Part shown: in pieces, positions 39,761 through 53,949 of the stretch
Position numbering within the stretch: the stretch's first letter is position 1
Layout of the letters: every line of letters begins with the position of its first letter
Origin: Octopus vulgaris
Lineage: Eukaryota
Assembly: GCA_951406725.2 (NCBI GenBank)
Contig: OX597824.1
Span: 9,548,001-9,612,000, forward strand
DNA length: 64,000 nucleotides
Direction: 5' to 3'
Program-made: the position numbers and the translations under genes
The notes under the pieces: model-generated
Databases searched by the model: none
The model's input: only the letters and a program-made list of their open reading frames with translations
What the model was told of the DNA's origin: nothing

Positions 39761-40079
39761 CTGGAATGATGACAAACCCACAGAAGAAATTGCACATTTC
39801 ATGTTCTCTCACTGATGACGTATGAGGTACAACCATACCAGGACAATTAAACTTCATCTACCCATCAATAGGTAAAAGAAATTGCGAGGCTGTTTCTGAC
39901 TATAAGTGGAGGAATCAAAATACGGTAGAAGAATGATTGATTGCTTTTAAATAATGAGTTTAAATTCTGGTTTTGGTGGGACAGCCTCTTCAATATTAGC
40001 CGAACCAAAAATGAATTGTAATTATATTTTATGAAATAATCACTTACAGAACTAAAGCGAAGTTGTACTATTCTTGCGT

Positions 40080-40220
40080 GTTCCGTCGAGGTTGACTTTG
40101 CCTGTCATCCTTTCGGGGTCGATAAATTTAACTACCAGTTGCGTACTGGGGTCGATCTAATCGACTGGCCACCTCCTCCAAAATTTCGGGCCTTGTGCCT
40201 AGAGTAGAAGAGAATATTCT
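40080..40220 (+). mobile_element. SINE family C 3' fragment
   Basis: Central domain plus gggccttgtgcctagagtagaa tail. Confidence 0.8.
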
Positions 40221-40487
40221 TGCATGTTCTCACTGGAATTAACGATATAAATGGCATTAAATAGGTTTGACTGGGAATTGAAAGTGTGTCTAGGGACCTG
40301 TTAGTCGGAAAGTAAAGTCTTGCGCTCAAGTACAAATATAAATTTGTACAAAACACAATTTAAAGAATCCCTCGTCTTTCATTTAATAGAGATGCACAAG
40401 AAAAGACAGAAAAGAAATGATTTGGAATTCAATCCGACCAGTAAAGTTTTAGTGAACATTAGTTTTGATTTTGGAACCACTACTCTC

Positions 40488-40872
40488 TCTTTACTCTTTT
40501 ACTTGTTTCAGTCATGTGACTGCGGCCATGCTGGATCACCGCCTTTAGTCGAGCAAATCGACCCCAGGGCCTATTCTTTGTAAGCCTGGTAATTATTCTA
40601 TCGGTCTTTTTAGCCGAACCGCTAAGTTACTGGGACGTAAACACACCATCATCGGTTGTCAAGTGATGTTGGGGGTACAAACACAGACACACAAACACAC
40701 ACACATATACATATATATATATATATACGACGGGCTTCTTTCAGTTTTCGTCTATCAAATCCACTCACAAGGCTTTGGTCGACCCGAGGCTATAGTAGAA
40801 GACACTTGCCCAAGGTACCACGCAGTGGGACTGAACCCGGAACCATGTGGTTGGCAAGCAAACTACTTACCA
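40488..40872 (-). mobile_element. SINE family B
   Basis: Near-full-length reverse copy. Confidence 0.9.
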
Positions 40873-41621
40873 ATGTGTATGAAAAACTGCTAAATAAACA
40901 ATTAATTTATCAAATCTTCAGGAATAAATTCTCCTGACTACAATTGGTGATGTCATTTAATTTGCAGTTCCTTTTCAATTTCTTAAACAGTGAATTGTAT
41001 ATTTGCACGTATTTGAAATTTGATGTAAAAGAGGTACAATTGTTGCGTAACACGCTGACAAATAAATTCTCTTGGTGTGTGGGCGTGCACCTTATTTGAT
41101 TCGTGCAGCTAATATCACATTCCTCACTACGGAGTTAAATTTCTATTTTTGATTAATTTTAATTAATTAAATGTTTCGATTTCCTAGAGTAAGAATTTTA
41201 GCACTGACTTAACCTTATTAAGGGACCTGTAGCATCGTTGTTAATTGTCTTACACCTAGAATTTCGGTTGCCTTAAATCATGATCAATACCTTTTTACGT
41301 TGCTCGATATCTTAATTAAATAACCAGTGGCTGAGAGCGGCTGTGTGTGAACTAATTTGATAAGATGTACATTTGAGTACATTAAAGTACACAGCTTTAT
41401 ACTTCTGGGTTTAGCCAAACTTAATCAATTAAATCCTTTTCCTACAAACGCTGTTGTTTGCTGATGCTTAGGCCAAAGATCGAAAGTGTTTCAAGAATTC
41501 AACTCCTTAGGTATGGAGTTTTGAAGAAAATTTTATCCTACTTGTACACCGCCGTGCAAAAGACTGCGGTATGTTTCAAGGGAATTGTGGCAGCAAGTTC
41601 CTAAATTATTAGTGAACACAT

Positions 41622-41786
41622 AGGCGCGGGAGTGGCTGTGTGGTAAGTAGCTTGCTAACCAACCACGTAGTTCCGGGTTCAGTCCAACTGCGTGGCATCT
41701 TGGGCAAGTGTCTTCTGCTATAGCCCCGGGCCGACCAATGCCTTGTGAGTGGATTTGGTAGATGGAAACTGAAAAGAAGCCCGTCG

Positions 41787-41859
<73 letters not shown>

Positions 41860-42073
41860 TTGTGTCTGTGTTTGTCCCCCTAGCGTTGCTTGACAACCGA
41901 TGCTGGTGTGTTTATGTCCCCGTCACTTAGCGGTTCGGCAAAAGAGACCAATAGAATAAGTACTGGGTTTACAAAGAATAAGTCCCGGGGTCGATTTGCT
42001 CGACTAAAGGCGGTGCTCCAGCATGGCCGCAGTCAAATGACTGAAACAAGTAAAAGAGTAAAAGAGTGAAAGA
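41622..42073 (+). mobile_element. SINE family B, full length
   Basis: Complete copy with (taaaagag)n tail. Confidence 0.92.
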
Positions 42074-42424
42074 GTACATAAAAGATGCTTTTTCAAAAGG
42101 AATAATAAAGGTAACTCTTAAATATATTTAAAAATAAACAATTGAAATGATTTATTCTGAAACTTGGTCAAACTTACTAACTATATAAAAACCACATACG
42201 AAAGAATTCAAGTATTCGAAAGCCGCAAGGTATTTTCAAAATTTACATAAACATTCCTAATAATTTATAAACATTTTGTCACAAACATTTTACAGAAATT
42301 AGAAATGCATTCGTTCAGTAAAGTATGTTCCCTTTCAACTGGAATTTTTTACTTGTTTCACTCATCGCTAATGAAAGTATGTGTGTATATATGTAGTTAT
42401 ATATATGTATTTATGCATGTATGT

Positions 42425-43035
<611 letters not shown>

Positions 43036-43646
43036 ACCAACACTTTGCACATTTTCACTGATTACTGCTTTCTTATTGCAGAGAGTATTTAATATGGTAA
43101 TGAGATACAGGAAAGCATAAGAAAAATATGGAAATTTGCATTTCAGCTAAATAAAATTAGATTACGGAACGTATAACGAAAACAATGTGTTCCATTATCT
43201 TTTGTTCTGTTATATTCTACAATATATTCTATTATGTTTTGTTCTGTATTTATTAGGTTTAGTAAATATCTGGTCAAAGCATGTAGGAAATTAGGTGATA
43301 TTTAAGAGACATTTAAGAGATATTCAAAGCAAGAGATATTTAAATCAGAAAATCACGTTACAAAATTACAGTAGGATAATGCATTTTTATGACAGAAAGC
43401 ATCACTTCTCGTTCGATTACGGAAGTGAAGTAACACCGAACCAAGTTAGTACATAGATGGGTGACTGCTTTAGAAACCGAAATACTGTAATAAAAAGAAT
43501 TTGTACTTATACTCGTGGCTGCATAGTTGAGAATTTTGGCAACCACATGGTTTCGCGTTCTTTGCAGAAATTTGCTACGATCTCACTATTGCCTTGCGAG
43601 TGAATTTGCTGACGAAAACTGTGGAAACCCGTCGTATATTTATATA

Positions 43647-43753
<107 letters not shown>

Positions 43754-43791
43754 CGTCGTCTTCTTTTCTCTTGGACTTTCCTCCGTGTCCT

Positions 43792-43827
43792 GTTTCTGAA
43801 GAAGAGCCTTTGCTCGAAATGTAAAAC
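43792..43827 (+). ncRNA. Minimal type I hammerhead-like motif in a ~200-bp element (43750-43945) between microsatellites
   Basis: GUUU-CUGAAGA-A-GAGC-cuuu-GCUC-GAAA-UG-UA|AAAC. Confidence 0.7.
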
Positions 43828-44657
43828 CACCTTTTTTTCCTTCCCTGAACGTTTTTTAATACTTTGCATGCACCATGCCCTAGCGTTGTTGTTGTTGTGG
43901 TTTTCTTGTGTTTGTTCTTCATTTTGGGGGGGATTAACTATATATATATACACACACACACACACTCACCCCACACACATATATATACAATTAATTATAT
44001 CAGGGTAATAAAGATTTTAGACATTTTTACTACCTGTGGCCTAGCGTGAAGAAAAAAGTTAGTCAATAGACTCTATGTTAATCACAGTGTACATTTACAC
44101 ACATAACAGGTATCCGTCATATGATTCCTTTCACGTTAGAAAGAACAGCTAAAATCCAAACCGTCTTTATGGATAAAATCTCGAAGGGGATGAAAAATAA
44201 AAACATTTGCCATCTATCTCCCGGACCATAGTTTCAGACACTTTTAGCAAATAAAATAATTTGCTATACGAAGTCTTCATCAACAGGTACGTCTAGATTA
44301 AACATATAAGTACGAGGCAAATCCAGCATGTGCCTCTTGCTTATACATTATAATGTTTCAAATCCACCGCGCAAGCGCAGTGTTTTGTCGGCAGCAAAAA
44401 ATATCTATAAATAGATAGATAGATAGACACATACATACGTACATACATACGCACATTCATGCATACATACATACCCTAATATATAACTACTTTGTTAATG
44501 TATATATGTATGTATCTAAATGTATGTGTGTTTGTACGTGTGCGTATATGTGTGTGCGTGTGTGTTCGATATAAATTCAATTTGCTTTTGAGATTTAAGA
44601 TCATATGCATCAAGATTTTCGATGATGCAACTGGACTTCCAACTTGAAGGATCGCAC

Positions 44658-45862
44658 CATACATACATACATACATACATACATACATACATACATACAT
44701 GCATACATATATACATACATACATACATACATGCATACATGCATACATACATACATACATACATACATACATACATACATACATACATACATACATACGT
44801 ACATACATACATACATACATACATCCATACGTACATACATACATACATACATACATGCATGCATGCATACATACATAAATGCATGCATACATGCATACAT
44901 ACATACATACATGCATGCATACATGCATGCATGCATGCATACATACATACATACATGCATGCATGCATGCATACATACATACATACATGCATACATACAT
45001 GCATGCATGCATGCATGCATACATACATACATACATACATACATACATACATACATACATGCATGCATACATACATACATACATACATACATACATCCAT
45101 ACGTACATACATACATACATACATACATACATGCATGCATGCATACATACATAAATGCATGCATACATGCATACATACATACATGCATGCATACATGCAT
45201 GCATGCATACATACATACATACATACATGCATGCATGCATACATACATACATACATACATGCATGCATACATGCATGCATGCATGCATGCATACATACAT
45301 ACATACATACATACATACATACATACATACATGCATGCATACATACATACATACATACATACATACATCCATACGTACATACATACATACATACATGCAT
45401 GCATGCATGCATGCATGCATACATACATACATACATACATACATACATACATACATGCATGTATGCATGCGTACATACATACATACATACATACATGCAT
45501 GAATGCATGCATACATACATGCATGCAAGCATGCATGCATGCATGCATACATGCATATATGCATGCATGCATGCATGCATACATACATACATGCATGCAT
45601 GCATGCATACATACATACATACATACATACATACATGCATGCATGCATACATGCATGCATACATACATACATACATACATACATACATGCATACATACAT
45701 ACATGCATACATGCATGCATACATACATACATACATGCATATATACGTACATACATGCATACATGCATACATACATACATGCATACATGCATACATACAT
45801 ACATGCATACATACATACATACATACATACATACATACATACATACATACATACATACATAC
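44658..45862. repeat. 1.2-kb (CATA)n/(CATG)n compound microsatellite
   Basis: Directly visible; source of the 400+ aa pseudo-ORFs. Confidence 0.97.
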
Positions 45863-46720
45863 GGTCATACACAGCATAATGTAAGCATATATACATATGT
45901 TCAGGTATATATTCATATATACTTTTAAAGGAAATTAAATTAAATATGATATAACTTAGTCAATAATCAGGCACACGCAACCATATAACATCCTTTGTAA
46001 GAGATGCAGACTCTGCTCCGAAGAATCTCTGTCTAATTTGTGGACCAATGAGAAGATCATTAATAGAATTTCTGAAAGACTCTCAAGATGCTTACATGCT
46101 TATAAATGCACTTTCACACAAGGCAGTGAGATTGAATTTGATTAATTGTTAACTAAATTAATAACCATAATTTATCTTAAGGTATGGATGAATTAAATTT
46201 GACTCTAGCCTCCCCATTCTTATAAACACTAAGTAGCTATTTAATTCGCTGTGTGAGCATATGTACAGCCAACCACTCGTGTATGTTTACATCTTCGTTG
46301 ATATTTGTACGAGCGAATAAAAGTGTACCATACAACCTAAGCGAGGGCGTTTCTATATCCATATCTGTTAAAGGCTATATTTAATACCTTTCTCGTGTAT
46401 TGTGTATTCGTTACTTTTTGCATCCGTTTATTATTGATTTTATATTAAAAAAATGAAAAAAATGAACGTGTATCCTTCAATTAGCTGCTTTTCTATACAC
46501 AAACCGAGAAGATATCTTGCGGAACAGTCGTCATTTTAAAGAGATACATCATGTAATCATCTGAAGAGACACATCTACACCGCTGGGTACAACTGAGTTG
46601 ATAGATATCCAATCCCTAAGAGATGGAAGCTAGATGGGACGAAGCAATCGTAGTGATTAATTAACATTCTCGTATCTTCCATTTTCCGCCTCTTTTATTA
46701 AACAAATTGGTACTTATATA

Positions 46721-46724
<4 letters not shown>

Positions 46725-46806
<82 letters not shown>

Positions 46807-46925
46807 TAGATAGATAATACACAGACAGACAGAAAGATAGGTAGATGGATACATACATGCATGCATGCATACATTCATACATACATACATACATACATAC
46901 ATACATACATACATACATACATACA

Positions 46926-46955
<30 letters not shown>
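46725..46955. repeat. (TA)n(GA)n(GATA)n(CATA)n microsatellites
   Basis: Directly visible. Confidence 0.95.
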
Positions 46956-46958
<3 letters not shown>

Positions 46959-47995
46959 GCAGTATGCATGTATGGTGTGGCCCGGCATGTTGAAAGTCCA
47001 ATTGCGTCTCCAAACATTTTCATGCATGTTCTCTTACATCTCGGAGGAAGATTTATATTCTTCCAAAGTATACTGAACATATGCTATCTGATTGACCATT
47101 TATCTATCACATCTAAATTCGAACACTTCTCCTTTATCACATCTTTCTTTTATTTTTCTTTGTATTAGAACTATGAACGCTGTATAATTACTTCTACTCT
47201 TCTTCGGTAGATAATCGATAGTTTCCAGAATATCTGTCGTGAGAAAAAAGCATTTTCGATTATAGATCAGTTTTTTGATGCGTCAATATTTTTCTTTCAA
47301 GTTCCTGATATAATAGGGAAAGCGATTTTGCGTTTCTTCTGCGTCAGCATCTGCTCAATGAAAATGTCATTGGATGTACCAACGTGAGCGAAATCGAATG
47401 CAACAGTAACTATTTATCATACTGCCTTCCAAATGGCAAGTGTCTATCAAAAGCATTGGTGTATTGATCGAAATTCTTTCTTAGAGCTGGTCGCAAAATA
47501 TTACATAAGATCTCTCAAATGGTACTTTTAAAGTACGATATACTTTGTGCATCCGTGAGATATACATGTAGGTATATATTTATATACATATATATATATT
47601 TGATACAGACACACACACATATTGACAAGTAGGGCTGGTCTTTAATTTGATCTATAACGCTCTACATTAACAGTACATGAAGTATGTATGTTATTTATTG
47701 TAATCAAATAAGCTGTAACAGTACATCAATGGAATGGCCTCAATACAGAGCAAGATACATTATCGAAATACACAACGGTATTATCTTGTATTGAATAGTA
47801 TTGATGACACAGATACAGTTTTCTTTTATAACAAATCCAATAATTGTTAAACAGAAGGTACTTGAAAAATCGAACCCTGTATAGCGAACTATAAAACAGC
47901 TTTTCAAATATTTTTTCATCTTTTGATTGTGACAGTCAAGAGTTTTGCAAAAGCATGTGAAATTACACACACACAATCACATACACACACACACA

Positions 47996-48028
<33 letters not shown>

Positions 48029-48031
48029 ATG

Positions 48032-48115
<84 letters not shown>

Positions 48116-49569
48116 CATACATATATATATATATGTATGTATGTAATCAATATAAGGGTAGCAAAAAATTCAATAGAAATTTTTTTCACCACCAGCGGTC
48201 CAGTGAGAAAGAGAAAATAGTCACAGACTATATATATATAATTTCAACAATATTAAGGAATGGCCCTGATAGGCCATTCGACTCACTAGAAAGAGCAGCC
48301 AAAACTCAAACCGCTGTATGTACGTATATATGTATATACATGTAGGTATATATTTATATACATATATATATATGTACAGACACACACACATATCAAAGGC
48401 TATTCAACTCTATTATAAATGTAATGGAGAGTCAAATTGTAACAAAATAAATAATATACGTTTCATCATTTAAATATTAAAGAAACTTCTGAGTAAGTCT
48501 GTAAACGTATATAAACAAGTGAGCATATCGGTAAGTGCAAAATAAATTTAAATTTAAAATGAGTCAAGATTCAAGAGATATCTAACAAACTCCTTTCTTA
48601 GATGTTGCAATAACAACGATGCATAAATCATTTCAGTACTGTACACCAGAAGCGCTAATGAATGTGTCTTTCAGCGTAACGATATGCAGTGTCAACTCTG
48701 GTTCAAAATTTCAGCTTAAAAAACTCGCTACTCAGAAAACCTTTTCAACACATCTAGACAAAACGAAAACATTACTGCATAACATAGAAAAGGAAGAAAA
48801 AAGATGGGCTTGTTAAATAAATATATGCTAATACGTTTCAAGTCTAAAGAAAACAATAAAATATAGAAACTAGTCCTACACTATAAAATTCAACCCAGTA
48901 TAAATAGAGATGAAAATATAAAGGAAAACTCTCACATCTAATGAATAATCTATGATCCCAGTGCATCTTTTTTCTTGAATAGATTTACATGTTGTTACAA
49001 AGTCTCTCATGAAACGCAAAACATTGTAAACAAGCGCTTATAATATATTTAAAAATGGCTGTCATTAGAATTTTTGTCAACATCAAGACAGCAATTTATC
49101 AGAATTTTTAGTGTTGGATACAATACTTCGCAGTTTTTGTTTCGACTTCCTAGAATCTCAGCTCAAACACCACCAAGGTCAGTCCCATCTTTCATCTTTC
49201 CGAGATTGAATAAATGAAAAAACAGAAAGGACCGATTTGGGCAGTGGGTTGGTTGGAATGTTAGTGGTTACGTTCCGGTTCATTGAGTTCTCTACTCATC
49301 TGTATCGACCCATGTCGGCGGCCTTTCCCTTCGATAATGATATCCGACGTAGAGAGAGGAGACTTACATGCGTAGGCAACTGTCAGTTATTCTCAAAAAT
49401 TCTTCTTGCTCTGGATTACACATACATACGCAGATGCATGACCATCATAGGTGACGGAGAGTCTTACATACATACATATATATGGGAGCAATTTGTTCAA
49501 CTAAAAACCCTTCACGGCAGTGCTCCAGCATAGCCACAGAAAAATGGCTTAAACAAGTAAAAGATAAAA

Positions 49570-49616
<47 letters not shown>

Positions 49617-49619
<3 letters not shown>

Positions 49620-50818
49620 TTATCTTTTACTTGCTTCAGCCATTTGTGTATTGCTATGCTGGGGCACCGCCTTGAAGGGTTTTCAGTTGAACAAATTGCT
49701 CCTAGGACATTTGCTAAAGCCAGATACTTATTCTGTTGGTGTCTTATGCCGAACAATTTGGTTACATGGACGTAAACACATCAACACCGATTGTCATGTG
49801 GTAATGTGCGAGACTAGCTCAGACACAAAGACATACATATAGATATATACATATGCATATACGACGGGCTTCATTCTGTTTCCGTCCACCAAACCTACTC
49901 ACAAGGCTTTGGCAGCCCAAAGCAATAGTAGGAGACACTTGATCAAGATGCCCTGCATTGGGACTGAACTCGGAACTATGCGGCTGGGAAGCAAGCTCCC
50001 TATTTCTTTATTGCCCACAAGGGGCTAGACACAGAGAGGACAAACAATGACAGACAAAGAGATTAAGTCTATTAGATCGACCCCGGTGCGAAACTCGTAC
50101 TTAATTTATCGACCCCGAAAAGATGAAAGGCAAAGTCGACCTTGGTGGAATTTGAACTCAGAACGTAACGGCCGACGAAATACCTATTTCTATTTCTTTA
50201 TTGCCCACAAGGGGCTAAATATAGAGAGGACAAACAAGGACAGGCAAACGGATTAAGTCGATTACATCGACCCCAATGCGTAACTTGTACTTAATTTATC
50301 GACCCCGAAAGGATGAAAGGTAAAGTCGACCTCGGCGGAATTTGAACTCAGAACGAAACGGCCGACGAAATACCTATTTCTATTTCTTTATTGCCCACAA
50401 GGGGCTAAATATAGAGAGGACAAACAAGGACAGGCAAACGGATTAAGTCGATTACATCGACCCCAATGCGTAACTTGTACTTAATTTATCGACCCCGAAA
50501 GGATGAAAGGTAAAGTCGACCTTGGTGGAATTTGAACTCAGAACGTAACGGCCGACGAAATACCTATTTCTATTTCTTTATTGCCCACAAGGGGCTAAAT
50601 ATAGAGAGGACAAACAAGGACAGGCAAACGGATTAAGTCGATTACATCGACCCCAATGTGTAACGTGTACTTAATTTATCGATCCCGAAAGGATGAAAGG
50701 TAAAGTCGACCTCGGCGGAATTTGAACTCAGAACGAAACGGCAGACGAAATACCGCTAAGCATTTCGCCGGGCGTGCTAACGTTTCTGCCAGCTCGCCGC
50801 CTTCTTACCACACAACTA
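49617..50818 (-). mobile_element. Old SINE family B interrupted in its head by the family C array
   Basis: gggaagcaagct at ~49985 resumes as cttaccacacaac at ~50804. Confidence 0.8.
50001..50802 (-). mobile_element. SINE family C four-unit concatemer, 190-bp period
   Basis: Unit ends at 50001, 50191, 50381 and 50571; single head at 50802. Confidence 0.93.
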
Positions 50819-50949
50819 TATCAACATCAAACCAACAACTTTCAAGGAGAAAAATAATGGTCAGGTTAATAAGGTAATTTTTAAATCGAGATGCAATCCC
50901 GAAACTTTGCATACATCATGACTGTAGAAGTTGCATGTTCCTTTGGGCA

Positions 50950-51235
50950 TCGACGTGACATGCTTTTGTCGCTGGTTGATCACACATCTGTAGCAGAGAT
51001 TTATTGTAACCGACTTGTATCAGAATGCCAGGCTAGATTTAATGATATTGCTTGATAATAGCAGAAACTGTCTTGTACGAAATATCTCAAGAGACCAGAA
51101 GATTGATGAAGGAAGCCATATTCATCGGCAACATGTAACGCAAGGCCGAGCAGCGCGCTGGTAGCGCATCCTGGTGACGGACCAACAATAGTTTAGGCAG
51201 AGGGTTTATATCTTAATAATTACATCGTCCTGTCA
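50950..51235 (+). pseudogene. Possible Penelope GIY-YIG endonuclease C-terminal relic
   Basis: SVAE..FNDI..IAET..RRLMKEAIFI..GRGFI resembles the recalled SAVAEH..F....II..E..R..KEAI.I..NRD.G..L; heavily decayed. Confidence 0.4.
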
Positions 51236-51343
51236 ATACCTTTTCATTTGCTTTCACCTTCTCTCTGTGAAGCTCCACAAAACCCGCTCAAATTGAAAGA
51301 CTCACACACAGTTATTTGCGCGCGTGCATTCCACTCACACCTA

Positions 51344-51700
51344 TCTCTATATAAAGCTGAAGTTGTCTGTGTATGGCAGGTTTGGTAGCCTTCAACTAAC
51401 ACTATCTCCTCCGAGACCCTGCAGGGCAAGTTGACCAAAATTGAAATGCAGGAGAAAAAATTCAAATCGGACCACGTTAACACCAATAATTATTTACATC
51501 AAAAAGGTGGGGTTTTTCTATGAAAATCCCTATTTTTTACGATTTTTGACTGCTGTGTTGCGATTTTTCAGTGTATTTCAACCAGAAAAATGTTCACTTA
51601 AAGAGAATAACAAGCTACAAAATGCAACATTTTTACTTTTCAAAAATTCCAATTCTAAAGGGTCGAAACAAACCCGAGCAACGCTGGGCGATACTGCTAG
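51344..51700 (+). mobile_element. Non-autonomous Helitron 1
   Basis: A|TC 5' end (tctctatataaa); subterminal hairpin cccgagcaacgctggg; 3' CTAG. Confidence 0.88.
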
Positions 51701-52101
51701 TCTTTATATATAAAAGTGAGGTTGTGTGCTGTCTGTCTCCTACGATTTAGATTCCTAACTACTCCCACATTTTGCGGTGCAGTTTAACCAAAACCGGGTA
51801 TCTTATAGTCGTGATTCATATCGAGCCCTTCTGGGTATTAGCGCGCGTCTACGATGAGTCTACGATTTTAAAAATAATTTACCATCAATTTTTCCCATTT
51901 TTAATGCATTTTTGGCATATATAAGGGAAGTAACTCTCTAAAAATGTATTATTAAATCTCGGAACGTAAAAAGCTACAGTAACACCACCACCCCCCTTCG
52001 TGGTTAGCCATATTGAGATGGCTATTATACTTTACATCTCTAAAAATGCTTATATGGTTATTTCCCTTACAAACCCGAGCAACGCCGGGCGATTCTGCTA
52101 G
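51701..52101 (+). mobile_element. Non-autonomous Helitron 2
   Basis: TC 5' end (tctttatatataaaa); hairpin cccgagcaacgccggg; CTAG|T. Confidence 0.88.
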
Positions 52102-53149
52102 TATATAATAAATCTTAAGTATAATATAGATAACGCAGCGAACCAGTGACTGAGCCGCTGGAAAACTTTAACCAACGAAGCTATTATTATTCTTCACAAA
52201 TGTTGTATATAAAATTTAAGAAAAAGTCCTATTATTACGTATAAAGTGTCCTATATCATATTTATTGACATGATATTTCGGGGTAGCGGTTAACAGAACC
52301 AGTTCGGTATCGAACAATAACGCTTTTCGCTATTTAATTCGTTCTTCTGCGTTTGGAGTACAAATCCGGAAAACGCTTTACCTTTGATCTTTCTGTGGTT
52401 GATGTGTTAACTCCCAGTCATTGATAAATTAAATACCATATTGGAACAGACTTAATCGATTATATTTCTCTTCTACAAATCTCTGGTTAATGTCAAAGGA
52501 GAAATCCTTTATCAAATATCCGTGTGTGTGTGTGTACATGGAGATCGTCATAGACTTTGAGAATGGGAAGCTGATATCTGCATGAAACCATCACACTTCA
52601 CTTACGTTTTTTATGCCTCGTAATCTGCGTATATGCCATGCAATCAGAAGCTACACCCTTGTCCGATAATATGATGCATTTCTGTCGGGTCCAAGAAGTC
52701 ATATAATTCCTAATGATTTATATGGATTTTCATATGGGAAACAATATAGATATTTGTATAGTAATGTATGTGACAAATACATTATAAGCGGTCCTAGTAT
52801 TCTAATGATATTGTATTTTATCACCCCAAAATATAATACAAAACTGTAAAACCTGTTGGAATATAAAAAGGTCAACAGCATCACTGAACAGAATGTATCA
52901 ATAACATTCTTAACATTGATTTTCTGAATACAATCTCAGTAGTTTGTACTCAGCGTTTGAAGAATAGGATATTGCGAAATATAACTTTCATAGAGGTTAT
53001 ATTAGCATAGAATATGAGAAATCAATATAGGATTAAAAGTGGACCCTATTCTAAATATATCAAGAGTTTGAACTGGTATCAACCGGAATTCGATAAATAA
53101 ACCAGTAACGTTATTTATGAGTAAAATCACCGCATACTCTGTAAAGTAG

Positions 53150-53748
53150 AGTCGTTAGCACACCGGGCGAAATGCTTGGCAGGATTTCGTCTGCCGTTAC
53201 GTTCTGAGTTCAAATTCTGCCGAGGGCGACTTTGCCTTTCATCCTTTCGGAGTCGATACATTAAGTACCAGTTACGCACTGGAGCCGATGTAATCGACTT
53301 AATCCCTTTCTCTGCCCATGTGTGTCCTCTTTACGTTTAGCCCCTTATGGGCAATAAGAAAATAAGAAACGTTAGCACGCCGGGCGAAATGCTTAGCCGT
53401 ATTTCGTCTGCCGTTACGTTCTGAGTTCAAATTCCGCCGAGGTCGACTTTGCCTTTCATACTTTCGGGGTCAATAAATTAAGTACCAGTTACGCACTGGG
53501 GTCGAAGTAATCGACTTAATCCGTTTGTCTGTCATTGTTTGTACCCTCTGTGTTTAGCCTCTTGGGGATAGTAAAGAAATAGGTATTTCGTCTGCCGCTA
53601 CGTTCAGAGTTCAAATTCCGCCGAGGTCAACTTTGCCTTTCATCTTTTCGGGGTCGATAAATTAAGTACCGGTGAAACACTGGGGTCGGTGTAATTGGCT
53701 CTCCTCACTCTCACAAATTTCAGGCCTTGTGTCTATAGTAGAAAGAAT
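53150..53748 (+). mobile_element. SINE family C three-unit concatemer ending in the alternative tail
   Basis: Restarts at ~53365 (agaaacgttagc) and ~53582 (ggtatttcgtc). Confidence 0.9.
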
Positions 53749-53949
53749 TAACGGACATTTTATTTTCCCTCTGAACCATTTGAGATGGTTTCACATATTT
53801 CTGCAGTTTGTCTATGCATTTTCACTAACAAGACAAGAGTAGACTCAAGATAGACACTTGCCCAAGTAGAATCGAACACGGCACATCCTGGTAACGGAAC
53901 GAACATTTGAACCATTCGATCAAACTTCGCCCTCACCACTGGACCTACC

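Noticed and set aside
44476-45928. 400-466 aa ORFs in several frames
   Set aside because: Stop-free read-through of (CATA/CATG)n; the same applies to the MYVC/HTYI/IYIY/LSIY ORFs elsewhere.
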